IMG/VR virus record: IMGVR_UViG_3300035145_001531
Length of the DNA stretch: 64,000 nt
Reading direction: 5' to 3' (one strand)
From: an uncultured virus (IMG/VR IMGVR_UViG_3300035145_001531)
Lineage: Duplodnaviria > Heunggongvirae > Uroviricota > Caudoviricetes
In this document: positions 27,158 to 37,768 of the stretch, piece after piece
Position numbering within the stretch: the stretch's first letter is position 1
How the letters are laid out: each line of letters begins with the position of its first letter
Program-made: the position numbers and the translations under genes
The notes under the pieces: generated by a model
Seen by the model: the letters and a program-made list of their open reading frames with translations, nothing else
What the model was told of the DNA's origin: nothing
Database searches by the model: none

Positions 27158-27561
27158 CACTAAAAATAGAAGGTGTTTGGTGTAAAACTAGGACTGAGTT
27201 TGAAAAACTAGCTAAGTCTGGTGATTATGATTTAACCATATCTTACTTTGATATAGTAAATAGATTGGTTAAGAGCGACCCGTATAGCGAGGAGCCATCA
27301 GATATTATTGTCTCACTCTATATTAGAAGATTAATACAAAAATTAATCGATGATACTATAGAATCGGAAAACGAAGAGGCAAAGTTGCTTTACATGTTTA
27401 AAAGCTTAGATGGCCCTGCCGTACTAAATTTTAAACAATTTATAGCTGATCTAACGGCAGATCCCTATGATATGGATCTAATTATTATCAACAGATGTGA
27501 CTATCCTAAAAGAGGTGTACTCAGTAAGTTTGATAATGTTAGATTTATAGACCATGATTAA
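27154..27561 (+). CDS. Hypothetical protein
   Basis: ATGA-coupled ORF. Confidence 0.7.
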   Translation: MTLKIEGVWCKTRTEFEKLAKSGDYDLTISYFDIVNRLVKSDPYSEEPSDIIVSLYIRRLIQKLIDDTIESENEEAKLLYMFKSLDGPAVLNFKQFIADLTADPYDMDLIIINRCDYPKRGVLSKFDNVRFIDHD

Positions 27562-28150
27562 ACATAAGATATTTACTAAAGGTGAATATGTACAGGCTCT
27601 AATCTCAACTACACAAAACCCTAATGTACTTATTCCGGTCCGCGCTCTGATCTACGACGTTAAGTTCGATGATGTAAACCCAAAGTATCAATTACGTATT
27701 AAGAAATTCTACGACAACATTGTCTTCTTGAAAAGATACCTGTTTGGTGGTAGATTCATTAGAGACTTTGAGGGTAAAGAAACCCGCATCAATTTAAAAA
27801 GACAAGAATATAAAACTGTTAAAGAGCTAGAAGATCGAGTTTTTGATGGTGATAAATGGAAGCAATATCTTATCACTGTTGACTCAGTTTTTTGTGTGAA
27901 GACCAAGGGTGAACAACAAGAACTATTTAATAAGATACAAGACTTCCAAACAGAAGTGGCCTTAAAAGAACTCTATGAGCTTACAAATAGGTCTACGTAT
28001 ACTGGTCAATATTACTTCCATAGTAAAGGCGAATACGTAAAAGCTCTAGAAAAGTTTTTAGGTGAGAGATACCCTAAAGATAAAGATTGGGCAGATACTA
28101 TACTTTATAGACCCGATCATACAGAATTAGACCGCGGAGAGTGGGTCTAA
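27554..28150 (+). CDS. Hypothetical protein
   Basis: 198 aa ORF. Confidence 0.7.
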   Translation: MIKHKIFTKGEYVQALISTTQNPNVLIPVRALIYDVKFDDVNPKYQLRIKKFYDNIVFLKRYLFGGRFIRDFEGKETRINLKRQEYKTVKELEDRVFDGDKWKQYLITVDSVFCVKTKGEQQELFNKIQDFQTEVALKELYELTNRSTYTGQYYFHSKGEYVKALEKFLGERYPKDKDWADTILYRPDHTELDRGEWV

Positions 28151-28204
28151 ACATAATATCCTGATATACGGCAGATATATATAAAAAACAAATAGGGACT
28201 TAAT

Positions 28205-30004
28205 ATGCCATTAGTTTTAGATAGTGTAACATCTACCACGCCACCTAAATATATTTACGAAGACGACGAAACTGGTAAAATGACAGTTAGTAATCGTAAA
28301 TTAAATTCAGACGGCACGCCATACACACCTCCTAGTACAAATCAAGAGGCTACTGCTAATACAGACATTGCTGCAGCTGGGGCTGAACCAGAAGAGCAAC
28401 AAGAAGCTGTTGCTGCTGGTAATACTACTACGTCTCCAGCACCTCCTATTAATCCTAAGTCTTTATATGGTGAAAACCCATTAGCTTCTAAAGCTTATGA
28501 GGTAAAAGATCCGGATAAAACTATTCCTGGCATAAATACTGTTAGATCTAAATCTAACGCATGGGCTCTGTTAAACTATAGAAACCATGCAAGTGGTGTA
28601 AGTAAGAATGACCCTAAATTTAAAGAGTGGAACGCAGCAACAATTCACGGTGATGAGGATAATATCTTAAACCCTACTGCTAAGCGTATTGTTGAGTATT
28701 CTCAAAATAAAGGTGGTGTAGGATTCACATATTCATATAGAGACTTTATTCAGGCAGAACACTATGGCCAAATCTCTAATGACTTCTTAATTACTTTAAG
28801 AAGATTCTCATTTCCAGTAGGTGATGATATTGTTAATGCTAGAACTTACGATGATACCGGCCAAGAGTTAGACATTTCAGAACCTGATTTAGCTAGAGCA
28901 ATCACTTGGCTCTCTCCTAAATTAGGAAATGATATGAAAGAAATACTTAAGTTTGGTACTGGATTTGGATGGCAAGATGTTGAATCTTCAGTACAAACAG
29001 TAACTGGTGCTAGCAATGATAAAAGAAGAGGTACTTTAGGTTCTCTTATCGATGGTAATCCTGTTTCAAAAGCCGTTGAGTCCGGAGCTAATGGATATAC
29101 AGCTGCGCAGGCTGATGCAATTAGAGAGAAGGGTAATGGTTTTGATGGATTAAGTGCTACTTATCCAAACCATGTGTACGGGCCATATAATAAAATAGCA
29201 TCGGTACGAGCAAGAGACGAAAAGGGACTTAAGTTTGAAAATGACTTTACTCTTAATTTCTATTATGACTTAAGAGGATTTGATAATACATCTCCTAGAG
29301 TAGTATTCATGGATGTACTCTCTAATTTACTAGCTATGACATATAACAATGCTCCTTTCTGGGGCGGTGCTGTTAGAGGAACAGGTTCTGGTTCTACTGG
29401 TAAACCATTTGGTGACTTTAGTAAATTAAAATCAGGTGATTATAGTGGATATTTAAAATCACTAGGTAGTCAATTAAAGTCTATGGGTAGTAACATTATT
29501 GGCGATTTAGGTAATGCAGTTCAGGGCTTAAAGAACGGTAAAGGTATTAATGCACTTGGTGACTCTAAGATCTTAGACAACGTGATTGGAGGTAGTCTTA
29601 TGAAAATGATGGGCTCGCCTTCTTCAGGAGATATTATTAAAGCGTTCTTAACAGGTGACCCTACTGGACAATGGCACTTAACAATTGGTAACCCAATGAA
29701 CCCAATGTTAGTATGTGGTAACCTGTGTTTAGAAGATGCTAAATTTGAATTCGAGGGTCCAGTTGGATATGAAGGTTTCCCTTCTAAACTAAAGATGACA
29801 GTGACACTAAAACCAGGTAGACCTAGAGATAAATCAGAGATTGAATCTATGTTTAATGCTGGTAGAGGTAGAATGTACTTACAACCAGAAGTAGACGGTA
29901 AGTCTCTAGATGATGTAGTAGATATGTCACAATATGGAAATAAAGACAGAAGTAGAATGTCTGGTAACAGATACGTTACTAGGTCAAACATGTCAAACGG
30001 CTAA
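28205..30004 (+). CDS. Putative baseplate/tail-tube-associated structural protein
   Basis: First gene of the late structural cluster, after GATATATA. The C-terminal beta-rich segment (LTIGNP..GFPSKLKMTVTLK) is typical of tube-initiator-like folds. Confidence 0.5.
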   Translation: MPLVLDSVTSTTPPKYIYEDDETGKMTVSNRKLNSDGTPYTPPSTNQEATANTDIAAAGAEPEEQQEAVAAGNTTTSPAPPINPKSLYGENPLASKAYEVKDPDKTIPGINTVRSKSNAWALLNYRNHASGVSKNDPKFKEWNAATIHGDEDNILNPTAKRIVEYSQNKGGVGFTYSYRDFIQAEHYGQISNDFLITLRRFSFPVGDDIVNARTYDDTGQELDISEPDLARAITWLSPKLGNDMKEILKFGTGFGWQDVESSVQTVTGASNDKRRGTLGSLIDGNPVSKAVESGANGYTAAQADAIREKGNGFDGLSATYPNHVYGPYNKIASVRARDEKGLKFENDFTLNFYYDLRGFDNTSPRVVFMDVLSNLLAMTYNNAPFWGGAVRGTGSGSTGKPFGDFSKLKSGDYSGYLKSLGSQLKSMGSNIIGDLGNAVQGLKNGKGINALGDSKILDNVIGGSLMKMMGSPSSGDIIKAFLTGDPTGQWHLTIGNPMNPMLVCGNLCLEDAKFEFEGPVGYEGFPSKLKMTVTLKPGRPRDKSEIESMFNAGRGRMYLQPEVDGKSLDDVVDMSQYGNKDRSRMSGNRYVTRSNMSNG

Positions 30005-30009
30005 TTAAT

Positions 30010-30834
30010 ATGAAATTTAGAAGTTTATATAGAAAGTCGGCAGACGAGACTAAGTATATCTTAGCGCAACCTACTATGATATTCACACAGAATAAAGCAA
30101 ATGTAGTGTATCGCGAGCATGTGGTTAGAGAAGACGAGGTAACTAGACCTGATCTAATTGCACTAGAATACTATGGTGGAGAAGACCACGTTGATTACCT
30201 ATTGAAATGGAATGGTATTTCTGATCCGTTTTCACTACAACCCGGGGATGTGTTAGAAATTCCGCCAGCAGGATTACCGATCTCAACACTGGAGAGACCT
30301 GCAGCATTCGAAGACAACCCTATTAAGAATCAATTTATCCAGGGTAAAAGACTTCAGGAGAAAGATAAAAGAAGGCTGGATGCCCTAAAAAAGAAATATA
30401 ATAAAGAGACTCTTCTACCGCCTAACGTAATTCCGGTTGGTAAGAAGAACTATAAGTTTGATAAAGAAGGCAACATTATTTTTGGTGCACAGGCTCAAAA
30501 TGCTGATGTTAACCCTGCTAATTTAAGTCAGTCTACAGTTGACCCAGTTGACCCAGTAGTTGATGAGGTATTAAATGATATTGCAGGGGGTGGTGTAGGT
30601 ATTACATCAGGCTCTGGTTCCGGAAGTGGTTTCGGTGGCGGTGCGGGCTTAACTCAAACTCAGTTAGAAAAATTATTAAACGAGAACGTCGGTAAAGGTA
30701 AGACATCTTCTGGTTCAGGTGGTGGTAGAGGTAATTCTGCTACTGAAAGTGCTACAAACGCTGGCTCTGGCGATGCACCAGAATCTACAAATAATGCAGA
30801 TGGTGTATCTAACGACGGAGCTCCTTGTAACTAA
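30010..30834 (+). CDS. Baseplate wedge gp53/LysM-like protein
   Basis: RPDLIALEYYG...LLKWNGISDPFSLQPGDVLEIP, followed by a Gly/Ser-rich tail. Confidence 0.75.
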   Translation: MKFRSLYRKSADETKYILAQPTMIFTQNKANVVYREHVVREDEVTRPDLIALEYYGGEDHVDYLLKWNGISDPFSLQPGDVLEIPPAGLPISTLERPAAFEDNPIKNQFIQGKRLQEKDKRRLDALKKKYNKETLLPPNVIPVGKKNYKFDKEGNIIFGAQAQNADVNPANLSQSTVDPVDPVVDEVLNDIAGGGVGITSGSGSGSGFGGGAGLTQTQLEKLLNENVGKGKTSSGSGGGRGNSATESATNAGSGDAPESTNNADGVSNDGAPCN

Positions 30835-30843
30835 TAAAAGAAG

Positions 30844-32370
30844 ATGGAGTTAGATAATCATATCTTAGCGGTAGTAGAACCAGCTATTCTACCTACTGAA
30901 ATTAAATTCGATGCGCTGGCAGAAGAATCAGGCTCTGATAACTTAGATAAGCAGTCTAAAGAGATGGGTGTGCTAGAACCCCTTATCGTTTGTAATGATA
31001 TTCAGATTCCACCTAATGATATTCAGTCATTTGAGTTAAAGTTAAATGGATTAATACCTAGATGTGAGATTTCATTTGAAGATCGCGAAGGTAACTTTAG
31101 TGTGGACTCAATGCCAAGAGATGGCGACCACTTTACTCTTTTATTAAACTCAAAGCATCAAGAGACTTTTAAGTCAGTCCACATGGACTTTGATATTGTA
31201 GATGTAAAGCAACAGCCCATGCCAGCTGGTGTACAAGGAGGATCTGTTATTGCATTACAGGGTATTACAAAAATACCTAAGCTATACGGCGAAGAATGTC
31301 AGGTATTAGATGCAGATACATCTTTAAGCCATTTAGAAACTTTAGTAAGAGATTTACAAATAGGTCTTGCTACTAACGTGGACGCTACTGATGATTCTCA
31401 GTCTAGAATCCAGGCGTATGAAACCTATATGGATTTTATTAAAAATATTATGGATAATGCTTATATCTCTGATGAGGCATTTGTTAAATGGTATATTGAC
31501 CAATATTATTATTTAAACTTTGTAGATATTAATAAGATTTTTAATTCTAAAAATCCTAGCCTAGATGAGGTAACTAAATCTTTAACTTCATTCGCAGTAT
31601 CTTTACAGGCTGAAGGTGGCTCTGATGAAACCACTGACGCTGACAATATTGAAGTACCTATGTTATTAACTAACCATAAGGATTTTAGTTCTTTAAGCTG
31701 TTATATTGAGGCACATGAATTGATTAATAACTCACAAAAAGTTAGTTTAACTGCAGGTAACGCTAGGAACATACAATTTTATGATAACAACTCTGATAAA
31801 GGTGAAAGATTCCAGGAGTTCAAGATTGAACCACTACAAAGCGAAAACTTATCTGAGTTAGACGAACCACTAAAAGGTAATAGAAAAGACGAAAGGTATA
31901 AAGACCAAGTCAAATACAAATATATGGGTAGACAAAACGCCGGTGATGATGGTCTAGGTAATACTCATAAGAACGCTATTTACACAAAATTACACAATAA
32001 GCAAAACCAAATGGAGATTGAGAAGATGAAGCTAAAGGTATCAGTACCTGGCTTTAATCCATCAATCTATAAATTTTGTAAGATACCGGTCTTGATGTAC
32101 CATTATGATTCTATTAAGATTGAGGCTGAAAAAACAGCGGATAGATTTAGAGAGGAAGCAGGTTTAAAAGAACGCCCAATGGGTGCGACAAAACCGACTG
32201 ATGTTGAGGATCAAGACTACGATCAAATGATGGATAAGTTTTTAACAGGTTTTTATATTGTTGAAACGATAGACTATGAGTTTGATCCAGAGGTTGGGAT
32301 AACCACAAAGATGACTTTAATTAGAAGAGAATGGCCTACTAGATCTAGTAATCTAAGACCAGAAAATTAA
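30844..32370 (+). CDS. Putative baseplate hub protein (gp27/gpD-like)
   Basis: Lies between the LysM protein and the spike. C-terminus is LTGFYIVETIDYEF...MTLIRREW. Confidence 0.55.
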   Translation: MELDNHILAVVEPAILPTEIKFDALAEESGSDNLDKQSKEMGVLEPLIVCNDIQIPPNDIQSFELKLNGLIPRCEISFEDREGNFSVDSMPRDGDHFTLLLNSKHQETFKSVHMDFDIVDVKQQPMPAGVQGGSVIALQGITKIPKLYGEECQVLDADTSLSHLETLVRDLQIGLATNVDATDDSQSRIQAYETYMDFIKNIMDNAYISDEAFVKWYIDQYYYLNFVDINKIFNSKNPSLDEVTKSLTSFAVSLQAEGGSDETTDADNIEVPMLLTNHKDFSSLSCYIEAHELINNSQKVSLTAGNARNIQFYDNNSDKGERFQEFKIEPLQSENLSELDEPLKGNRKDERYKDQVKYKYMGRQNAGDDGLGNTHKNAIYTKLHNKQNQMEIEKMKLKVSVPGFNPSIYKFCKIPVLMYHYDSIKIEAEKTADRFREEAGLKERPMGATKPTDVEDQDYDQMMDKFLTGFYIVETIDYEFDPEVGITTKMTLIRREWPTRSSNLRPEN

Positions 32371-32382
32371 GATAGATAATCT

Positions 32383-33819
32383 ATGGCAGATTTAAGTAGA
32401 AATGCATTTAGAAAAGGAGCAAGGATTAGAACGATCCATGAGGATCCTACGTATCTGACCTTTATGTTTCTTTTCCACCAACACGACCATCCTGATGTTG
32501 GGCACTCGCCCCTACTTGATGGTTCAGCAGAACGTTATCTAACTCAAGTAGTTAGAACCGATGTAGGTGAGAAGTATGCTGAAAACTTAAGGAATTTCAA
32601 TAGGGTCTTGATGAAGGTTAATAGAGAAATGCCCTGGTTCTGGCAGAGTCTAAAGGGGCTTGAAGTCGCACTTAACTATGGTGATATGCTAGAGCCATGG
32701 AGAGGCGCTGAAAAACCAGCATTAGAGATCGAATGTCTAGAAGAGAATGTTGAACTTACAGCAATTGGTCTAATGGATCTATATAAGAGGGCATGTTTTG
32801 ACTTTGAGAGATTCGTTGAAGTGGTACCTAGAAATTTAAGAGAATTTACAATGGATGTATACGTCTCTGAGATTAGAGTCTTCCAGAAAGATACAGACGC
32901 TAGAAACCTAGGTATTACTGATAATCCTGATTCTAGATTAAACTCTGCTAATACAGGCGGTGGCACGATTACAGAATTACATAAAGGATTTAATACTGAT
33001 ACTGTAGGTGATAGTGCAGAGGCGAGACCATTCTTAGCATTGAGATTTACACATTGTGAATGGGATATTAACTCTATCGCGGACTACTTTGCGGATATGA
33101 CTAGAAATCCAGAGGCGAAAAGACCTACCCTTAAAATTAATTGGGGTACTTGTAGACAGATCAACCAGAAGTTAGGACCGAACTTATTTAACGAGAGTGT
33201 TGACGCACCTTCAGTACCTAGAACAGAAGATCTTGCAAATACTGCAGTCGATCCAAAACAGACTCAGAGTACAGTTGCTGGTGATAGTAAAGACCCTAGC
33301 AATACTCAAAAATATGTGGATCTACTAAAGGATAGAACTTTGGGTAAAGTAGAATCTACATTGGCTGATGCTAGAGATTCAGCAACAGCTGCGTTTGGTA
33401 ACTTAAAAGACTCGGTTGGCTTAGATGCTAATGGATTAGATAATGTACATGGTAATCCTATTGGTGGCGCTGCTGCTAATCTATTAAACCAGGCTGAAGA
33501 GGCGGTTTTAGGTAGATTATTACTGGGTAATGTACATGGCCTTGGAAATAAGATTAATAATATAGCTGCTGCGATTCAAACCGGTAGCCTTAATTCTATA
33601 GCAAACGTAATTGGAGATCTAGTTGGTGCTAAAACTACAGCTGCAGGTGCCTTAGGCAATGCATTAGATGGTGTGATCGATAATGTCGTCGACTTTGTTG
33701 AAGACAATGTATACGACCCGACTCCGCCAGACACAGACGGTCCTATCTCTCCTAAGAGAGTTTATGACGATATACCACCAGACCAAGATGGTCCAATAAA
33801 TGAGAATGTCCATGAATGA
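32383..33819 (+). CDS. Putative tail tube-like/baseplate protein
   Basis: Structural context and a GATAGATA promoter variant. Confidence 0.45.
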   Translation: MADLSRNAFRKGARIRTIHEDPTYLTFMFLFHQHDHPDVGHSPLLDGSAERYLTQVVRTDVGEKYAENLRNFNRVLMKVNREMPWFWQSLKGLEVALNYGDMLEPWRGAEKPALEIECLEENVELTAIGLMDLYKRACFDFERFVEVVPRNLREFTMDVYVSEIRVFQKDTDARNLGITDNPDSRLNSANTGGGTITELHKGFNTDTVGDSAEARPFLALRFTHCEWDINSIADYFADMTRNPEAKRPTLKINWGTCRQINQKLGPNLFNESVDAPSVPRTEDLANTAVDPKQTQSTVAGDSKDPSNTQKYVDLLKDRTLGKVESTLADARDSATAAFGNLKDSVGLDANGLDNVHGNPIGGAAANLLNQAEEAVLGRLLLGNVHGLGNKINNIAAAIQTGSLNSIANVIGDLVGAKTTAAGALGNALDGVIDNVVDFVEDNVYDPTPPDTDGPISPKRVYDDIPPDQDGPINENVHE

Positions 33820-34528
33820 TAAAGAACTTTTTAGAGACAATTTACGAGAGACACATTGGCTTGGAGAAGTGGTTATTAATGAGGACCCTCTACTTCAGGG
33901 CAGATGTCGTATAAAAGTATTTGGTAAATTTGATAAACTACCAGACGATCAGATTCCATGGGCCACGCCTATGAATAGAGATCAGGTAGGCGCACACTCC
34001 GTACCTAGGGTTGGAGATATTGTTGCCGTTAGATTTGATAATGGCAACATCTATCACCCAGAATACTGGTTCCAAGTAGATCAGAATGACGACTTAAAGG
34101 CAGATATTCTAGAAGCGTCTGACGCTCCGCACGATGTTATATCTTTAGTCTACGATGCAGAACGTAATCTAAGAATTTACCATTCACCAGAGGATGGTCT
34201 TGTAATTACAAGAGGTTCTGGTGCAAAGGAGAGACCCATGCTTCAGATCGATGAAGATGGTTATATTAAAATCTCTACGGGTGAAAAGGTATTCTTAGAC
34301 TGTGGTGATATTTTTGTGTCAAACACTGGCGAGGGCGGTGCTGATGAGACCGAGCCCGCAGTAAGAGGTCAATCTCTACAAGACTGGCTACAAGCTCTAT
34401 TAGATGACTATAATGCTCACATTCACCCGACTGGTGTTGGACCTTCTGGTCCTCCAATGCCGCCAACACCGGCAACAGTTGCAAAATTATCTAGTACTCA
34501 TATTAACTATCAACAAAAGAACAAGTAA
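33800..34528 (+). CDS. Baseplate central spike (gp5 N-terminal OB fold / gpV-like)
   Basis: GEVV..EDPL..GRCRIKVFG, IPWA, VPRVGDIV.V.F.NG and the C-terminal HIHP iron-binding apex motif. The start may be 33812. Confidence 0.85.
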   Translation: MRMSMNDKELFRDNLRETHWLGEVVINEDPLLQGRCRIKVFGKFDKLPDDQIPWATPMNRDQVGAHSVPRVGDIVAVRFDNGNIYHPEYWFQVDQNDDLKADILEASDAPHDVISLVYDAERNLRIYHSPEDGLVITRGSGAKERPMLQIDEDGYIKISTGEKVFLDCGDIFVSNTGEGGADETEPAVRGQSLQDWLQALLDDYNAHIHPTGVGPSGPPMPPTPATVAKLSSTHINYQQKNK

Positions 34529-34530
34529 TC

Positions 34531-36363
34531 ATGCCTGCACTTTGGCCTAAATTCATTCCTGACTTGGCCAACACGATTTCAAGTCAGCAGTTTACGAAAC
34601 CAGGTGGAGCGATTGTGTCTTACGACCTCCCTGAGTTTAAGTCCGAGATAGGTAATCCCCTTAATGCTAGTTTAAAATCTAATCCAGCAGAATATGTTAA
34701 TGTAATTAATCCAAACCCTCTATCTGGTAGATATGATTTTGGTGTAAAGGTTGCTGAACACTATATCGAGGCTGTTAAGAATTATGCACAGACACATGTT
34801 GCTGAGTTCCATACTAATAATCCTGCAGCTGAGACGATCTTAAAGCAGGGGTATGGTATTGCATTCGAGAGGCTATTGAAAGAGGGTGACATACCTCTAA
34901 TGGACCAGTACGATGAAGATGGTAATCTTATCGAAATGGGTAAAGAGTCACATCCAGCCTACGCAGATTTCTGCCCTGAAGTTGAACCACCAACTGAAGA
35001 AGAGTTGGCCGAGATGGAAAAAGATAATGATAAGGCATTTAACCAGTTTGTAGCAGATGCTAAGGATGAGTACGATCTATATCGTTTTAATTTCTATCAG
35101 TTCCCATGTCTAAGTGGTAAAGAGACTCAAGAAGAGATTGAAAAGATTTTTGCTACTAGGATATTACAGGGTTACGAGTTAATGGGTTCTGCAAACAATC
35201 GATGGAAATATTTCGGATGGGTTTGTCATATAGGTAGTGCAAATTATTCTAACAATTCAAGTGGAATTACTGGATTTTCAGGCTTTCCTAATGGACCATA
35301 TCGTAGTATTAATAATCAGGCTAGAGCTGATATTGAAGATGCTGGTTATGATTGGGAAAAGCTAGCCGATAATGTATCTGATATTGCCAAGGCTGCAATC
35401 TTAGACGCGCATGGCGAAGTAGATACTAGTAATATGAGCAACTGGAATTCTAACCAGGCTAATAAGATAGAATCTAGAATTAAGAGAGCTGCTAGTAAAG
35501 CTATTGTATATCCGATCGAAGATGCATGTGAACTTAATCCATATAAGATTCAAGTAGCTCATGATTTCGAGGGTAATGATGATTTCCCAAGTCAAAGACC
35601 TAAGATCTTAACATCAAATGTAGTCGCATGTTTTACCTACCACCCAGATAGGCAGTCCGGTAGCTTAGAGATTTCTAATGAAACTAAAGCCCTATTTGTA
35701 AAGGATAAAAAGAAATACGATAAACGCAAGTCTTGGGTTAAGAATAAGTACGAGGATTTTGAGTGGAAAGAGAAGTGGAGAAAAGTACCTGAGAATAAAT
35801 TGAGAGCAGCTGCACAAAAAGCAGACGCACAGAAAGCGTTCTTTGAGATTGACCCACTACCAGAAGGCACTCTATTTAAGTTTGAATATCATAGAGCTCT
35901 TTGTGCTAAAAAAGCAGCTGAAGCTTGTGAGGAACCAATGGCCGAGGTAGATTTTCCGTGGGAAGCAAGTGGCACCACGCCAGATGGTAAAGCCTATAGT
36001 GGAGATCCGTATATGATGATGGCTAGGGTGACAATCGCATATTGGTATGCGTGTATTGTAAAACCATTTAAGAATATGCCGGCAGCGCCACCTGCCCTAA
36101 TTGCACCGCCTCTTACAGGTATTTACATTCCAATCTATTATGGCAGTGCAAACAGATTAGCAAATAATCTAAGAAGAGCCTGGAACACTGGCAAGTCTTT
36201 TAGCGTACTTCCTGCGCCTCAACCACCGGCATTGGCGGTAAGCACAGCAGTAGCAGGCGCGTATGCTCTACACCTGCTAGAATTTAAACTGCTTTATCTT
36301 GGAGGTATACCGACACCGGTTGGACCGGTACCGATGGTCGGCTTTGTGCCAATTGTATTTTAA
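34531..36363 (+). CDS. Putative structural protein following the spike
   Basis: 610 aa ORF with a Pro-rich hydrophobic C-terminus. Confidence 0.55.
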   Translation: MPALWPKFIPDLANTISSQQFTKPGGAIVSYDLPEFKSEIGNPLNASLKSNPAEYVNVINPNPLSGRYDFGVKVAEHYIEAVKNYAQTHVAEFHTNNPAAETILKQGYGIAFERLLKEGDIPLMDQYDEDGNLIEMGKESHPAYADFCPEVEPPTEEELAEMEKDNDKAFNQFVADAKDEYDLYRFNFYQFPCLSGKETQEEIEKIFATRILQGYELMGSANNRWKYFGWVCHIGSANYSNNSSGITGFSGFPNGPYRSINNQARADIEDAGYDWEKLADNVSDIAKAAILDAHGEVDTSNMSNWNSNQANKIESRIKRAASKAIVYPIEDACELNPYKIQVAHDFEGNDDFPSQRPKILTSNVVACFTYHPDRQSGSLEISNETKALFVKDKKKYDKRKSWVKNKYEDFEWKEKWRKVPENKLRAAAQKADAQKAFFEIDPLPEGTLFKFEYHRALCAKKAAEACEEPMAEVDFPWEASGTTPDGKAYSGDPYMMMARVTIAYWYACIVKPFKNMPAAPPALIAPPLTGIYIPIYYGSANRLANNLRRAWNTGKSFSVLPAPQPPALAVSTAVAGAYALHLLEFKLLYLGGIPTPVGPVPMVGFVPIVF

Positions 36364-36770
36364 CCCCAATCTTTTTCAAAGGTATACCAATGGTCTGCAG
36401 ACGCACAGTCGCGTAGTGCATCGAGAACCATATAAACCTTTTCGTCGATTGTTAGGTTGTTTAGAACGGCTCCTACGTGCATCTCGATTAACTCATCTGA
36501 GTTTAAGTAGGTAGACACGTGCTTTGCGATGCCAGTTACTAATCGATAACTATTATCTTCAACGTTAGAGTATCTGGTGCCTGGGTGATAGTCTCCCCAG
36601 TTTTCAACTGAATTAGCATGTTCAATCATTTTATCCCAGAGTTTATCGCCGAGTAGATCTCGAACCTCTTGACAGATAGATTGAATTTGATCTCGGTGTT
36701 TAAGCACGGCGCCATAGCCTGAGCCACCGATACCATTACATTTGATTTGTTTGTAGTTAAATTGTGCCAT
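36360..36770 (-). CDS. Hypothetical protein (minus-strand insert)
   Basis: 136 aa. Its stop overlaps the convergent gene stop in TTAA. Confidence 0.75.
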   Translation of the reverse strand: MAQFNYKQIKCNGIGGSGYGAVLKHRDQIQSICQEVRDLLGDKLWDKMIEHANSVENWGDYHPGTRYSNVEDNSYRLVTGIAKHVSTYLNSDELIEMHVGAVLNNLTIDEKVYMVLDALRDCASADHWYTFEKDWG

Positions 36771-36771
36771 A

Positions 36772-37248
36772 TTATTTAATTATTTCGATTGTCATGTTTT
36801 TAAAAGAGTCTTCCAGCTTGTAAGCGTTGTCGGCCCAAGTCTTAGATCCGATAGATCTCCAGTGGCCGTGGTCAGCCATCTTAGGGAATTGAGAGTGGAT
36901 TGTTCCAATCTTGATGTTTTCCAAGATCGAGTTTTCAACGATAACGAATTTGTTAGCTTTAATCGCCAAGGCGTTGACGTAAATATCTGTGTTAGGCAAT
37001 TGAACTTGAAGAGTTTGAAGTGCATTCTTCTTCCACATACCAACTGCGTTGACTAGCTTGCTCTCTCCCTCAGAAATTACCATAAACCCAGCACGACATT
37101 TAGAGATTGCTCGGTATTTGTAAACAGTTTCATCCCAGTCCAGGTTGTAGTTTACAGTGTGGAATTTGTGATTCTTACCCCCGATGGTTTGATTGATCGA
37201 GAAGATGGTTTTTTTAGTGATTGGGCAGTTGTGTTCTTGAATTGTCAT
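36772..37248 (-). CDS. Hypothetical protein (minus-strand insert)
   Basis: 158 aa, directly downstream of the minus-strand copy of the promoter repeat. Confidence 0.75.
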   Translation of the reverse strand: MTIQEHNCPITKKTIFSINQTIGGKNHKFHTVNYNLDWDETVYKYRAISKCRAGFMVISEGESKLVNAVGMWKKNALQTLQVQLPNTDIYVNALAIKANKFVIVENSILENIKIGTIHSQFPKMADHGHWRSIGSKTWADNAYKLEDSFKNMTIEIIK

Positions 37249-37260
37249 TTGTTTAACCGT

Positions 37261-37322
37261 TTAATTACAGTACTAATATAATACTTTTTTCTGACATAAA
37301 AAAATCTAGAGGCAATTATTTT
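37261..37322 (-). promoter_or_regulatory. Early-type promoter repeat (copy 5, reverse strand)
   Basis: The reverse complement reads AAAATAATTGCCTCTAGATTTTTTTATGTCAGAAAAAAGTATTATATTAGTACTGTAATTAA. Confidence 0.8.
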
Positions 37323-37363
37323 GCCTAAAATGACAATTTTTTTGAGTATGATAAATAACTTAT

Positions 37364-37732
37364 ATGGAAACACCTATTGTAAAATACAGTGATAAGATAC
37401 TGGATCGTCTAAGCATATTTATGCGTATTGGCGGTATAACATTATGGCCCTATGTAATTCTAAGAGAGAAGTACAAAAAGCAGAGCTATTGGAAAAAGAG
37501 AGCTCCTAGAATTATTAACCATGAGTCCATTCATATTAAGCAACAAGAAGAGTTGCTGGTTATTCCGTTCTATCTGATCTATATGTTAGAGTGGTTTATT
37601 AAATTATTTGTATATGGCAAAGATGCCTACTATAATATCTCATTTGAGAGAGAAGCTTATGATAACGACGATAACCTATCATACCTAAGTACTAGAAAAC
37701 ATTATGCTTGGATAAAAAGGATTATCAAGTAG
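37364..37732 (+). CDS. HExxH-containing hypothetical protein
   Basis: INHESIHIKQQ and AYYNISFEREAY. Confidence 0.7.
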   Translation: METPIVKYSDKILDRLSIFMRIGGITLWPYVILREKYKKQSYWKKRAPRIINHESIHIKQQEELLVIPFYLIYMLEWFIKLFVYGKDAYYNISFEREAYDNDDNLSYLSTRKHYAWIKRIIK

Positions 37733-37768
37733 ATATATAATATGTTATTACCTTTTAAATAAATTAAA

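Noticed and set aside
29521..29991. 156-aa minus-strand ORF and other short antisense ORFs in the track
   Set aside because: They are nested within long, well-supported plus-strand genes and show no motifs or promoter.
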